From a virus (Duplodnaviria; Heunggongvirae; Uroviricota; Caudoviricetes), in IMG/VR virus record IMGVR_UViG_3300020576_002769, positions 17,985 through 81,984 of that record: a stretch of DNA of 64,000 bases, one strand, 5' to 3'. Below, piece after piece: positions 36,749 through 46,489 of the stretch (the stretch's first letter is position 1; every line of letters begins with the position of its first letter). The notes beneath the pieces were generated by a model. It ran no database searches, was not told where the DNA came from, and worked only from the letters and a program-made list of their open reading frames with translations. Made by a program: the position numbers and the translations under genes.

Positions 36749-37269
36749 TATTGTTTACTTGTATATTCAGGTCTAAAAAAGATTACTTTAATTCCGGTTT
36801 TTGATGTTACAACTTCTTTGAAGTAATCATTCACACCCAGATTAACTTCATCTTCAATTTCCCATCCGTAATCTTCATTTTTTAATGCTTCTGATAATTT
36901 ATATGTATTACCATCAAATATTGTAACTTCACCACTTAAATCATCAACCTTAACTTTAACTGTGACAAATGGTTCATCATCATCAACACCCCACTTCTTA
37001 ATATCAGTTACCTCAAAAAAGAAATCATATCCACCAAAATCATCTATGTGATGTGGGTTCTGAAGTAATATGGTATTTGCAAGGTTTTTTGATTCCTCAA
37101 TACCTCTCCACTCAATAAGATATTTGTAGGCTTGTTCGTAAGTAATATCATTGTTTTCGTTATCCAATCCAAAATTAAGAATAAATTGTCTATTAATATC
37201 ACCCCCAAACTTATCAAAGTATCGGAATATTATGTTTTTGTATTTAGATTCGGTTATAATGAATTTCAT
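36748..37269 (-). CDS. hypothetical protein, MKFIITES N-terminal family
   Basis: N-terminus MKFIITESKYKNIIFRYFDKFGG. Confidence 0.5.
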   Translation of the reverse strand: MKFIITESKYKNIIFRYFDKFGGDINRQFILNFGLDNENNDITYEQAYKYLIEWRGIEESKNLANTILLQNPHHIDDFGGYDFFFEVTDIKKWGVDDDEPFVTVKVKVDDLSGEVTIFDGNTYKLSEALKNEDYGWEIEDEVNLGVNDYFKEVVTSKTGIKVIFFRPEYTSKQ

Positions 37270-37332
37270 TTATTTTAATGGATATTAAATTATAATTATA
37301 AATAGTTAATAAACTAATAAAATATTCAAAAT

Positions 37333-37683
37333 TTGGCCCATTCAGTAATTCACGCAAAATCATCCGCAAAAAAATATGGCGGATTATACACCGACTATTT
37401 ATTCCTTCACGAATGGATGGACGCTTCAAAAAATTGGTTACCACATTCATTACATAGAATGTTTCGCCATCATTGTATGGGGATTCAAGAAGCCGAAGAA
37501 CGATTTGGAACTCATTTTACAAACTCAGATGGTAAAGTTGTTTATACAAGATATATTTTAACTGACCATATTAAAGAAGATTGTTATAATTATGTCCCAA
37601 CACCTCGTGAATGGTTACAAGCCATAGAATCCAAAGAAAAACCTATTTGGATGCTTCGCACTTTAGACATTAACGTCGATTAA
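37333..37683 (+). CDS. hypothetical protein
   Basis: ORF of 116 aa. Confidence 0.4.
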   Translation: MAHSVIHAKSSAKKYGGLYTDYLFLHEWMDASKNWLPHSLHRMFRHHCMGIQEAEERFGTHFTNSDGKVVYTRYILTDHIKEDCYNYVPTPREWLQAIESKEKPIWMLRTLDINVD

Positions 37684-37705
37684 TATATTTATAACTAAAA
37701 AGATT

Positions 37706-38410
37706 ATGAGATTTACACCACCACAATTAACACCTGAAGAATTAAAAACATTACAAGTATTTGCGTATTATTGTCGTTCTCACGGAGCTGATAGTGTTTA
37801 TAAAACATATTATTTATCGGCTTGCGATATTGATTGGGAAGATGATTATTGGGGTTCAGTTTCTATCCGGGGTTCAATAGAAGGTTATGATAAAATTGAC
37901 GAATTAATTGATAAATTAGTACGTGAGGAATCAATTACCGACCATTTTGAAAATTGTGACGGTTCTCAAAGAATTGAAGTTGAAATCGATTGTGTTAAAA
38001 GAACATTAGAACTCCAATTATATGAAACAGTGTACGGGTCAGAACCTCACGGATTGTCTTACGATTTAGATGAGATTAAAAATGAATATGGTGAAGAAAC
38101 TAGAAAAGAGGTAGAATCTTTATTTGAACGATTAGGTAATAGCGAAGGTCGTGTTGATTTTAGCGGAGGTGGTGATGATGGTTATATCGAAGATAAAATG
38201 ATTATTGACAATGAACAAGTAGATATACCAAACTTGATTGAGAGTATGTTATATAGTATGATATCAAGTAATTTCGCCGGATGGGAAAATAATGAAGGTG
38301 CCCAAGGTAGTTGGCTTTTTGACCCGGTCGATAAATCAGTAATATTTGATTTCAATTATAACACCGAAGAAGAGGTTAGTGTTGATTTTAATTATGAATT
38401 AACTTTTTAA
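37706..38410 (+). CDS. hypothetical acidic protein
   Basis: ORF of 234 aa. Confidence 0.45.
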   Translation: MRFTPPQLTPEELKTLQVFAYYCRSHGADSVYKTYYLSACDIDWEDDYWGSVSIRGSIEGYDKIDELIDKLVREESITDHFENCDGSQRIEVEIDCVKRTLELQLYETVYGSEPHGLSYDLDEIKNEYGEETRKEVESLFERLGNSEGRVDFSGGGDDGYIEDKMIIDNEQVDIPNLIESMLYSMISSNFAGWENNEGAQGSWLFDPVDKSVIFDFNYNTEEEVSVDFNYELTF

Positions 38411-38416
38411 AAATAC

Positions 38417-38447
38417 AAAACCCCCGATTTCTCGAGGGTTTTTTTAT
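38417..38447 (+). terminator. rho-independent terminator
   Basis: AAAACCCCCGATTTCTCGAGGGTTTTTTT. Confidence 0.55.
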
Positions 38448-38636
38448 AGCCAGGTTGGAAGTTCAATAATAAAAATCTAAAAGAGGTTTAAGTTTTGACC
38501 GTTTAGGTTTGAAAATTTGAATCTTGAGTGTTAAACATCCGTCTTTATCACAATCAATTATCTTCGCTCTGTAAATATTTGTAGGGATATGGTAGTTACC
38601 ATATGTCTTATTATATCCCCTCCGAACACTAAACTA

Positions 38637-39074
38637 TTATATCTCGGTATTCTGATTATGGTTATCCAAAATATCCTGAAGGTCTTCAATTTGTCCTTCC
38701 ATATGTTTAATCATACTATCTCTTTCAACCACTGTTACCTCAGCAGTTTTTACCGGTGGATTCTCTCTATTTCGTGAGTAATAATCTGTACTCACACCTT
38801 CTGTACAATCTAAAGATTTTAATCTCGCAATTGTAGATTTTAATTCAGACAATCTGAAAATTTTATCATACACCGGAGTGTTCGCCTTGTGGATTTTGGT
38901 TTTAAGTTCCACCAACTCATTACTTTTTTCATTGATTTGCTCCAACATCTCTTTTGGAGAATAGGGTCTAACATTTCCAACCTCTACCGAATTGTACTGA
39001 GCCAATCTAGCATAAAGTTCTTGGATTTCTTTAACCAATCGGTTTTTTTCTTTAAGAGCTTTCTTAACGTTCAT
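38637..39074 (-). CDS. hypothetical coiled-coil protein
   Basis: ORF of 145 aa. Confidence 0.45.
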   Translation of the reverse strand: MNVKKALKEKNRLVKEIQELYARLAQYNSVEVGNVRPYSPKEMLEQINEKSNELVELKTKIHKANTPVYDKIFRLSELKSTIARLKSLDCTEGVSTDYYSRNRENPPVKTAEVTVVERDSMIKHMEGQIEDLQDILDNHNQNTEI

Positions 39075-39130
39075 AAATTTTTATTTGTTTTCTGTTTGTA
39101 TAATATAATCAATTTTTTTGAAAAGTCAAA

Positions 39131-39466
39131 TCACCATACCTCATATCCGAATACTTTGAATTCACTACCACGTAAATCTTTCGCTGATTCTATCATAACA
39201 TCCTCTTTAAGTTTTTTGAAATCCTCAGGTTTCATCAATACCCCTTCTCTAAATCCAAATAACTGCGAGGTTACATTAATGAAAACTAAAAATTCATCCC
39301 TATCTGAAAAAGGAATATTTTCTGTTAAAACAATAAAATATTCTTCAACCTTCGGGTAACCCCAATGCAAATAAAAAAACCGATATTCCGGGTGCCTCCT
39401 CATATGAGGAAACTCCTTGTATATTTCTAATAACAAGGAGTTTAACCTTTTACTATATTGTGACAT
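39131..39466 (-). CDS. hypothetical protein
   Basis: ORF of 111 aa. Confidence 0.4.
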   Translation of the reverse strand: MSQYSKRLNSLLLEIYKEFPHMRRHPEYRFFYLHWGYPKVEEYFIVLTENIPFSDRDEFLVFINVTSQLFGFREGVLMKPEDFKKLKEDVMIESAKDLRGSEFKVFGYEVW

Positions 39467-40233
39467 TAAATCATCTTTAAAACTATTTCAGTTTTACCTT
39501 CCCACTTCTTAACTTGAGATTTAGGAACCCAAAACTCAAACTCACCAATCTCATCAACTCTACGTAAATAATCTTCACGGAATCTATCAGCTTGACTTCT
39601 GTCTGTGATATATGGAACCCCCATATGCTCCGCACAGGTCTTCCCAACTCCGGTTAACATTGAAAATTCATCCGTCAATGTCCTTGCACAACATCTACAA
39701 ACTTTTCCTCTACTTTTTGTTAATTTACCCGAAAACTTTATAGCTTTTGGTGAAACACCTAATAACTTGGTAATATCAACAATCATTGGATTAAATTCTA
39801 ATCCGTATGTTTCTTTGATTTGTTGAGCAGTTCTACGACCAAGTGTTACTGTCTCACCCGGAGTTGGGATTCTCATTTTATGTGTGTTCGCCTTGTCAAT
39901 ATCTTTTTGTATCTGATTCAACGCGGCGAATACTTGTTTATCTGACAAAGTACCATACTTCATCAATTTACTTTTAATATCATTAACGAAGACATTATCA
40001 CCATCATATTTTGCTATCTTTTGTAAATCTTCCGACATTTGTTCAACATTTACATTTTGAACACTTTTCAACGCTTTTTCAGCAAATTCTAATTGTTTTG
40101 GTGTTAACCCTCCCCATCTTTGTAAAGATGATTTAAGATTTAACAAAAATTGGTTAGAACCTTCATAGTTTCTAACTCTTGAAATTGTAGTGGTAGTGGT
40201 AGTTGTCATATTATATCTGATTTGTGAGTACAA
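39466..40233 (-). CDS. hypothetical protein with Cys cluster (CRCC...C)
   Basis: ORF of 255 aa. A TATCTTTG box lies upstream (plus-strand gtacaaagata at about 40229). Confidence 0.45.
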   Translation of the reverse strand: MYSQIRYNMTTTTTTTISRVRNYEGSNQFLLNLKSSLQRWGGLTPKQLEFAEKALKSVQNVNVEQMSEDLQKIAKYDGDNVFVNDIKSKLMKYGTLSDKQVFAALNQIQKDIDKANTHKMRIPTPGETVTLGRRTAQQIKETYGLEFNPMIVDITKLLGVSPKAIKFSGKLTKSRGKVCRCCARTLTDEFSMLTGVGKTCAEHMGVPYITDRSQADRFREDYLRRVDEIGEFEFWVPKSQVKKWEGKTEIVLKMI

Positions 40234-40265
40234 AGATACTACTAATTTTCAAACTACCAAACTTT

Positions 40266-40300
40266 TTTATAAAAAAAAAGGAACTTTTTTCAAGTTCCTC
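40266..40300 (-). terminator. rho-independent terminator after 40305-41246
   Basis: On the minus RNA: GGAACUU-GAAAAA-AGUUCC followed by UUUUUUUUU. Confidence 0.6.
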
Positions 40301-40304
40301 TATA

Positions 40305-41246
40305 TTAGTGTATTACATCTATCTCAACATTATCATCCGTGAGATATTCCGGATTTGTTCTTATAATATTTTGTTTAATCGCCGTTTCAATATCATTGAC
40401 TAATCGTTCGTCATTTTGATAATCCGGATTCACAACCATTTTTCTACCTTCCATTCTTCCGGCTTTATTAACTCTTACAACAATTTTAATTTTACCATCA
40501 GCCTCAAATATGTCCGTAATTATATAACTTACTCTAACGGCATCATCACCCCATCCTGAACTAATTAGTTTTTTACTACTAACTAATTGATTTTTCATAT
40601 TTTTAACAAAGTTTGGAACCCTTGAAGATTTCATCCCTTCTAAGTCATACCTACCATTCATAAGATTACTCATTTCACTTCTAGTTACACCAACCACATT
40701 AGCTTTCAACCCACTATTCCAATGAATCGGATTAGCACCACTTAAATGTTTTCTTGTTGATGATGAATAAGAATCTAAAACTCTATACCATTGGTCATTA
40801 ATATATAAAAAAATTGGATACCAACCATATGATTCTACCACATAGTACCATTGATTATTATTATTCACCTTCCATTCACCTTCAAGATTAGACCCTTTGA
40901 ATGGTATTTTAGCCGAAGTATATTCATAAGCCTCATTATTTGGTGTCTTTTTAGCTTTGAATAATGTATAATCTCTAAACTCTTCCGGTGTTATATTTTC
41001 ATAATCACCATCAGGTCTATAATTAGCACTATAAACTTCATAATACAACTTATAGTCGTTTTCCGGTAACCCAAGAACACCCATCATAGTTTTAATGACT
41101 TTCATTAAACCTTCTTTGGTTTTAGCCTCTTTTTTGTGTTGATTAAGATACTTAAACAAAGTGACTTCTTTACGAGTCAAAGCACGTTTTTCAACCTCAG
41201 GACCAGGTATGGATTCTTTTAATATTTTAAGTATAAAATCTTTCAT
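40305..41246 (-). CDS. hypothetical protein
   Basis: ORF of 313 aa with N-terminus MKDFILKILKE. Confidence 0.45.
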   Translation of the reverse strand: MKDFILKILKESIPGPEVEKRALTRKEVTLFKYLNQHKKEAKTKEGLMKVIKTMMGVLGLPENDYKLYYEVYSANYRPDGDYENITPEEFRDYTLFKAKKTPNNEAYEYTSAKIPFKGSNLEGEWKVNNNNQWYYVVESYGWYPIFLYINDQWYRVLDSYSSSTRKHLSGANPIHWNSGLKANVVGVTRSEMSNLMNGRYDLEGMKSSRVPNFVKNMKNQLVSSKKLISSGWGDDAVRVSYIITDIFEADGKIKIVVRVNKAGRMEGRKMVVNPDYQNDERLVNDIETAIKQNIIRTNPEYLTDDNVEIDVIH

Positions 41247-41247
41247 C

Positions 41248-41724
41248 TTATTTTAAGAAACGTAACTTGTAAAGTGTTGAATATATTAATTCTTGTATGG
41301 TATCAATTTGATTTTGAATGAATGATTCTTTAATAGATTTTCTATTTTTTTCAATGTTATCATCTAAACCTTTGAAATAAGTAATTAATTGTTCCGTAGA
41401 CTTATAATCCTCAACATCAATTGTTTTATAACCGGTGATGATATCGTGTTTTCCTTGGTAACTCTCAACAAGACCATCTATTAAATCACCAATACCTTCA
41501 TAATAACCACCTAATACCATATGTTCAGCAAATGATGATTGTGACTTAGTTTGCCAATGGAAGATATGAACCTGACTTCTTGAATGTAGTAATGTTGATA
41601 CCATATCCTCAATTCCTCCTACCTCTTTCTTTACTTCAGGTTTAGTTTCAGGTTCTTCTTGTTCTCTTAAAAAGAAATCTTTTTTCTTAATTTCCATTAT
41701 TTTTTCTTTCATTTTATTTTCCAA
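41248..41724 (-). CDS. hypothetical protein
   Basis: ORF of 158 aa. Confidence 0.45.
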   Translation of the reverse strand: MENKMKEKIMEIKKKDFFLREQEEPETKPEVKKEVGGIEDMVSTLLHSRSQVHIFHWQTKSQSSFAEHMVLGGYYEGIGDLIDGLVESYQGKHDIITGYKTIDVEDYKSTEQLITYFKGLDDNIEKNRKSIKESFIQNQIDTIQELIYSTLYKLRFLK

Positions 41725-42040
41725 TTATTAGGTCGTTATACCCTAGTTTAGTCATACCACCAATTTCATTATCATCATCAGCAAATTCGTCATACATATA
41801 CGCTTTAACAACTGATGAAATACTTTCTTCTGCTTGAGCTATTTTTGATTCCATCCAATCGTCCAATTGAACATCTTCACCTTCTTCTTCCATTTTTTCC
41901 CACATAGTCTGAGCCATTTTAGCTATCACATATAATTGTTGACGTGCCATATATGAACCTTCTCTGTGGTCTTCTTTTAAGGTTTTCATTTTAGATACCA
42001 ACGCTTCAAATTGTTTTTCTGATAATATAATGTCTTTCAT
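41714..42040 (-). CDS. hypothetical acidic protein
   Basis: Start at the internal Met MKDIILSEK. Upstream ATATTTATAAATAAAAATACA-ATG. Confidence 0.4.
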   Translation of the reverse strand: MKDIILSEKQFEALVSKMKTLKEDHREGSYMARQQLYVIAKMAQTMWEKMEEEGEDVQLDDWMESKIAQAEESISSVVKAYMYDEFADDDNEIGGMTKLGYNDLIIGK

Positions 42041-42067
42041 TGTATTTTTATTTATAAATATCACATA

Positions 42068-42100
42068 AAACAAAAAACCCCCACGTTATGTGAGGGTTAA
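42068..42100 (-). terminator. terminator hairpin after 42152-42652
   Basis: On the minus RNA: an AACCCUCAC / GUGGGGGUU imperfect stem followed by a U-run. Confidence 0.45.
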
Positions 42101-42151
42101 TTTTAGGGCCGACTGAATCGTCGACGACTCCACCATCCTGTTTTGTGAGAA

Positions 42152-42652
42152 CTAGGAAAACTCTGTGTGTTTAGACACTCTAAGTCCATCAACTTCCTTA
42201 TCATAATAATCTTTCATACTAATCATAGGTCTGTAACGAGCTAATCTTTCTTGTTCATCAAAATAATCTTTGTTTAGAACTTTACCATCCGGTTGTCCCC
42301 ATTCTAAAGCCATCTTAATAAACTCTTCCGTATCTTGTAATTGACCATATTCATCAACCACTCTTCCGGAACGAATGAATTTCAAAAGTTGTTCTTTGTT
42401 TGAGTAAAACTTATCGTCATTAAAATTCCACAGGAATTTCCATCCGGAAGCTCTTTGCCCCAAATGAATTCTTATACCGTCAATGAATTCATCCCACGGA
42501 GACCATCTTTCAAAACCTTTTTCAATCGTTCTGAACTCATTATTAATGTTCTCCGGTGAGAATATATCCATATCCCCAATCTGTTCAACCAGGTCAAGAT
42601 ATTTATCTCTAACTTCTTTTTGTTTCGGTATCCTGTAGTAATTAGTAGACAT
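42152..42652 (-). CDS. hypothetical protein
   Basis: ORF of 166 aa. Confidence 0.45.
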   Translation of the reverse strand: MSTNYYRIPKQKEVRDKYLDLVEQIGDMDIFSPENINNEFRTIEKGFERWSPWDEFIDGIRIHLGQRASGWKFLWNFNDDKFYSNKEQLLKFIRSGRVVDEYGQLQDTEEFIKMALEWGQPDGKVLNKDYFDEQERLARYRPMISMKDYYDKEVDGLRVSKHTEFS

Positions 42653-42655
42653 AAT

Positions 42656-42871
42656 TTAATTTTTTAATTCATCAAATGTTGCAACACCATTTTTGATTGT
42701 TACAACTACTTTAATACCCATACCTTTAACACCATCTTCGGTTGTTAGTTCGTAGGTTTTACCTTTGTAATGTACTTCAATCACATAACCACCCCACGTT
42801 CCATTATATAAACCGTCCGGAAGTGTTGTAATTGTTGGTACTTTTTCTTTGATTTCTAAAATTTTACCCAT
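42656..42871 (-). CDS. hypothetical protein
   Basis: ORF of 71 aa. Confidence 0.4.
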   Translation of the reverse strand: MGKILEIKEKVPTITTLPDGLYNGTWGGYVIEVHYKGKTYELTTEDGVKGMGIKVVVTIKNGVATFDELKN

Positions 42872-42874
42872 AAC

Positions 42875-43111
42875 TTACCATTTTAACTTTAACCACTCAA
42901 TAGGATTTATTCCTTTGAAAATATTTATCCAATCCCAATCCATCACACCGAATAAGATAATATACACAATCGTAATAACACCGACCCCTAAAAGACCAAT
43001 GAGACCTCCAAGTTCATTAGTATATTCACCATCACTTAACTTATCAAGTAAAAACCAATATACACCAATTACCACGAAGTACATTACAATATCTAATATA
43101 TGTATAGTCAT
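42875..43111 (-). CDS. small membrane protein
   Basis: Two TM helices. The overlapping plus ORF 42849-43118 is spurious. Confidence 0.4.
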   Translation of the reverse strand: MTIHILDIVMYFVVIGVYWFLLDKLSDGEYTNELGGLIGLLGVGVITIVYIILFGVMDWDWINIFKGINPIEWLKLKW

Positions 43112-43114
43112 AAG

Positions 43115-43312
43115 TTAATCTTGTATAATTTCAATTCCTTGTTCTGTTACTCGATAACCAATCGGACTGTCTTTCAGTTCCATCAAACCATATTGTTGTC
43201 TAAACAATTGGATTGCCGCCTCAAAAGAAATAAATCTCACTGAATGACATCCGTTTTCAATTTCAAAATCAGTTTTATGACTTACTAATGACTTAGATTT
43301 AAATGTTCTCAT
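43115..43312 (-). CDS. hypothetical protein
   Basis: ORF of 65 aa. Confidence 0.4.
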   Translation of the reverse strand: MRTFKSKSLVSHKTDFEIENGCHSVRFISFEAAIQLFRQQYGLMELKDSPIGYRVTEQGIEIIQD

Positions 43313-43315
43313 AAT

Positions 43316-43507
43316 TTATTGTTTATAAATGTATAATGTATCAATTGTTTTTCCGTCAGTTGTAAGTTTCTTTTCCGGGATGATGATTTTATTACTTTGA
43401 ATAGTCGTTTCTCCGGAAAAAGACCAAAGAGCAACTAATATCGCGGTAATCATCCCACAAAACCAACCAAACATAAAAACGTCGTAAGAACTACTACCAC
43501 TACTCAT
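43316..43507 (-). CDS. small membrane protein
   Basis: One TM helix. Confidence 0.4.
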   Translation of the reverse strand: MSSGSSSYDVFMFGWFCGMITAILVALWSFSGETTIQSNKIIIPEKKLTTDGKTIDTLYIYKQ

Positions 43508-43916
43508 TACCGGTTATTTTAGTGAATACAAATTTTTGTGGAGCAACTCCTTCTTCTAAATAATCCGCGTTTAGATAGATATCTTCAGGTTTTAAACCTT
43601 TGAAGTAATTGTCCCTAACATTACGTTTTAACCCATCGAATAATCCGTCACTATTATCCCCAACCTCCAAAACACTAGTTAAGTTCTTATGGATAGTTTC
43701 CAATTGACCATACGGATTATCTCCAGAATATCTCTTACCTTCCAATCTGTTCTGTCCTACCTGACAAAAGGTTGATAAATGATAACCTAAAAGTGAATCA
43801 TCACTTACTTTTCTATATTCAACAACGTATTGGTTCTCACGTTCTTGATTCCGGTTGAATGTATCTTCTAATACTTTTGTTAGACCATCAACCACTTGAT
43901 TTACACTATTTTCCAT
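43500..43916 (-). CDS. hypothetical protein
   Basis: ORF of 138 aa. Confidence 0.45.
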   Translation of the reverse strand: MENSVNQVVDGLTKVLEDTFNRNQERENQYVVEYRKVSDDSLLGYHLSTFCQVGQNRLEGKRYSGDNPYGQLETIHKNLTSVLEVGDNSDGLFDGLKRNVRDNYFKGLKPEDIYLNADYLEEGVAPQKFVFTKITGNE

Positions 43917-44071
43917 ATCTTTGTTCTTCTTGTTTTTGTCTTAATTTTTTTCTCTCTCTTTTTTCAATGTCGTCGATAATGTAGGAATATATTTGATACC
44001 CCAAAAAGATTAACAACATTAATATAAACCCTAAAACTAAACTTATTAAAATTATTAAAAATATATTCATA

Positions 44072-44377
44072 TTACTCTGTTTCTTTAGTTACTAACGCCT
44101 CTACTTTACTTCTCATATGGTCAGCCAATGTCATATCAAATGTTGATGTAACAATAACCGAATCCACCAAATATTTAAATGGAACGTGAATCAAGAAATC
44201 AGTCCCGTTGAAGAACGTCAAATCGTTTTTCAATTCAAGACAACCTTGAACCATCTTCAAGAATAACTTGAATTGGATGGCATCCACGAATGTCTCGTGT
44301 AATAGTTTCCCGAACTTCTCGTTTTCAATTCTGATTGTATAATTTGATGTTTTCATATTATCTAATTTAGAGTACAA
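44072..44377 (-). CDS. hypothetical protein
   Basis: ORF of 101 aa. A TATCTTTG box lies upstream (plus-strand gtacaaagata at about 44374). Confidence 0.4.
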   Translation of the reverse strand: MYSKLDNMKTSNYTIRIENEKFGKLLHETFVDAIQFKLFLKMVQGCLELKNDLTFFNGTDFLIHVPFKYLVDSVIVTSTFDMTLADHMRSKVEALVTKETE

Positions 44378-44392
44378 AGATAGTACTATTTT

Positions 44393-44785
44393 TTAACTCT
44401 CCAAACTTTTTTTCACGATTGCCAATCTAATTTCTAAAAGTCTAATCTCTTCCTCTTTTTTCTTTCTTTCTTTGGTTTTACTATCCTCCAAATGTAACTT
44501 AACTTCATCATCGGTAGATTCGTTTATATGAAACCCATACAATTCCATTTCTCCGTGGTCACAATGCCATTCACATCCAACGTAGTTTGAACCTTTATCT
44601 TGTAACTTCAATAATTCTTGAATCAAGACATCAATTTTAACCAATCCGGAATCAGTATGATTCCAAACTTTATCACCTAATTCTTCACACTTTGAATGGG
44701 TTTCATAATCATAACCGAAATCTTCTTCAGGTCGTGAATAAATTTCAACTTTTTCTACAAATTTATAAGTAATATATTTATCCAT
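44393..44785 (-). CDS. hypothetical protein
   Basis: ORF of 130 aa. Confidence 0.4.
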   Translation of the reverse strand: MDKYITYKFVEKVEIYSRPEEDFGYDYETHSKCEELGDKVWNHTDSGLVKIDVLIQELLKLQDKGSNYVGCEWHCDHGEMELYGFHINESTDDEVKLHLEDSKTKERKKKEEEIRLLEIRLAIVKKSLES

Positions 44786-45122
44786 TTGTTACTTTTTTAG
44801 AGTTATTATAATCCGAATATGTCGGATAAATTGCTCGATGTTCGTCAATTAATTTTTTGTACTCATCAACAGTTTTTACCTCATCTCGATTAAATATAAA
44901 CATCGATTCTCCACCCATTCCCGGCTTTGCAAATAACTTATCCGGATTATCATTACACAACGGGTAACGTAAATCGTAACTATGTCCGTAACTATTAATG
45001 TAGGATAAGGAGATATCCGAAATCTCAGCAAATTTTTTCTTACTTGTTGTAACACAAACGTATTGTAATTCAATACCTCGATAATACTGAGTAATACTAA
45101 ATGTTTTATATTTTTTGTTCAT
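44778..45122 (-). CDS. hypothetical protein
   Basis: ORF of 114 aa. A TATCTTTG box lies upstream (plus-strand gcacaaagata at about 45137). Confidence 0.4.
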   Translation of the reverse strand: MNKKYKTFSITQYYRGIELQYVCVTTSKKKFAEISDISLSYINSYGHSYDLRYPLCNDNPDKLFAKPGMGGESMFIFNRDEVKTVDEYKKLIDEHRAIYPTYSDYNNSKKVTNG

Positions 45123-45157
45123 CTTTATAATTTAGAGCACAAAGATACAACTATTTT

Positions 45158-45517
45158 TTACTTCTCAAAATAAAATACAACTTTTTTTGGAAATTCTTGA
45201 ATTAATCCATAATCTAAAGACAATCTATATCCCGGTGAATCACGTTTTAACCTTTCCAATTGTAATTCAATTTCTTTTCTAAATTGTTCCAAGGAATGTG
45301 TTGATTTCCATTTGTTACATCTTGCACAAGTTGGAAGAAGATTATCATAATCATCTGTTCCCCTTGTTAAATTGTATCTCTCAATCTCTTCATCTTTCCA
45401 CCCCCTAAACACCGGGACGATGTGGTCTATTTGCATTTGTTTGAGTGTAATCTCATTCCCGCAATACCCACATCTTTTATTACATTTTAACCAAACATCT
45501 TCCCGTTTAATCTTCAT
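45158..45517 (-). CDS. small HNH endonuclease
   Basis: CNKRCGYCG...IDHIVPVFRGW...NLLPTCARCNKWK. Confidence 0.7.
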   Translation of the reverse strand: MKIKREDVWLKCNKRCGYCGNEITLKQMQIDHIVPVFRGWKDEEIERYNLTRGTDDYDNLLPTCARCNKWKSTHSLEQFRKEIELQLERLKRDSPGYRLSLDYGLIQEFPKKVVFYFEK

Positions 45518-46418
45518 TAATATAATTTAAAATTATTTCCTCAAAACATTCTTGATACCCATTAAATTTTAACAAAGGATTATATTTATGATTTTTGAAT
45601 TTATTTAATAAATCTCGTTCTTTATTATAAACAAACTCATAATCACCATTTATAATATTAAGTATATCATATTCATAACCTAAATGAGATAAAAATAACA
45701 TTCTTTCATTAATAGATTTGTAAGTTCTACCTATTTTAATAAAACTTTCATATTTATTATAAATTTTTATAATATAAACAACAGGATTACCATTATTTTT
45801 AATACCTACTGATTTCCATTTTTCTAATGTCCATCCAATATGATTTGTTGTTAAATTATTTATAGTGTTCTCAACACCGCATTTAGGACATCCACACCCA
45901 CGTAAATGATTAACAGGTTGTTGTGAAAAAATACCGTGAGTCGGACAAATAATATTAATTAATTTTCTAGTATCATAATACTTAACTAAAGAATAATCAT
46001 AAATCTCTCCGTGTATTTTTTTAGATTTTTTAATAAAACCATCAGTTTTATCTATTGCACTTTTTAAACTAGGTGTAGAAAAATCCTTTCTTAACAAATC
46101 TCCACACCAACATTTATAAATAATATCATCATTATCTTTAACTAAAATTTTATCATTAAAATTAGTGTATCCCGAAATATATGTTAAATTATTTTTTACT
46201 TTTAATATTGTCCTTATATATTCTTCAACATTATCAGAAGTTTTAATTGTTGGGTAACATCCTTTAAGTAAAGACCCCGGATATACATTATACTTTAACC
46301 CTAACTTATCTTCAACCAATATTTTATTTTTAGTCAAAGTGTATTCACCAATAATCTTAATGTCAGGTAAAATTTGTTTTATTTGTTTTACAAAATTTTC
46401 GTGTGTTATTTTTTTCAT
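45507..46418 (-). CDS. zinc-ribbon protein with C-terminal GIY-YIG-like (T5orf172-type) domain
   Basis: CPTHG...GCGCPKCG and NPVVYIIKIYNKYESFIKIGRTYKSINERMLF. Upstream ATATTTATATAAGT-ATG. Confidence 0.5.
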   Translation of the reverse strand: MKKITHENFVKQIKQILPDIKIIGEYTLTKNKILVEDKLGLKYNVYPGSLLKGCYPTIKTSDNVEEYIRTILKVKNNLTYISGYTNFNDKILVKDNDDIIYKCWCGDLLRKDFSTPSLKSAIDKTDGFIKKSKKIHGEIYDYSLVKYYDTRKLINIICPTHGIFSQQPVNHLRGCGCPKCGVENTINNLTTNHIGWTLEKWKSVGIKNNGNPVVYIIKIYNKYESFIKIGRTYKSINERMLFLSHLGYEYDILNIINGDYEFVYNKERDLLNKFKNHKYNPLLKFNGYQECFEEIILNYINED

Positions 46419-46489
46419 ACTTATATAAATATATTAAAAATATGGAAAATACACATCGTCCCGAACATTTTTGATATACTATTTCCCTA

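Noticed and set aside
38411-38636. A 225-bp noncoding gap with palindrome ATATGGTAGTTACCATAT as a possible sRNA gene
   Set aside because: No promoter or terminator pair defining a discrete transcript could be identified by eye. Mentioned only as convergent-terminator spacer.
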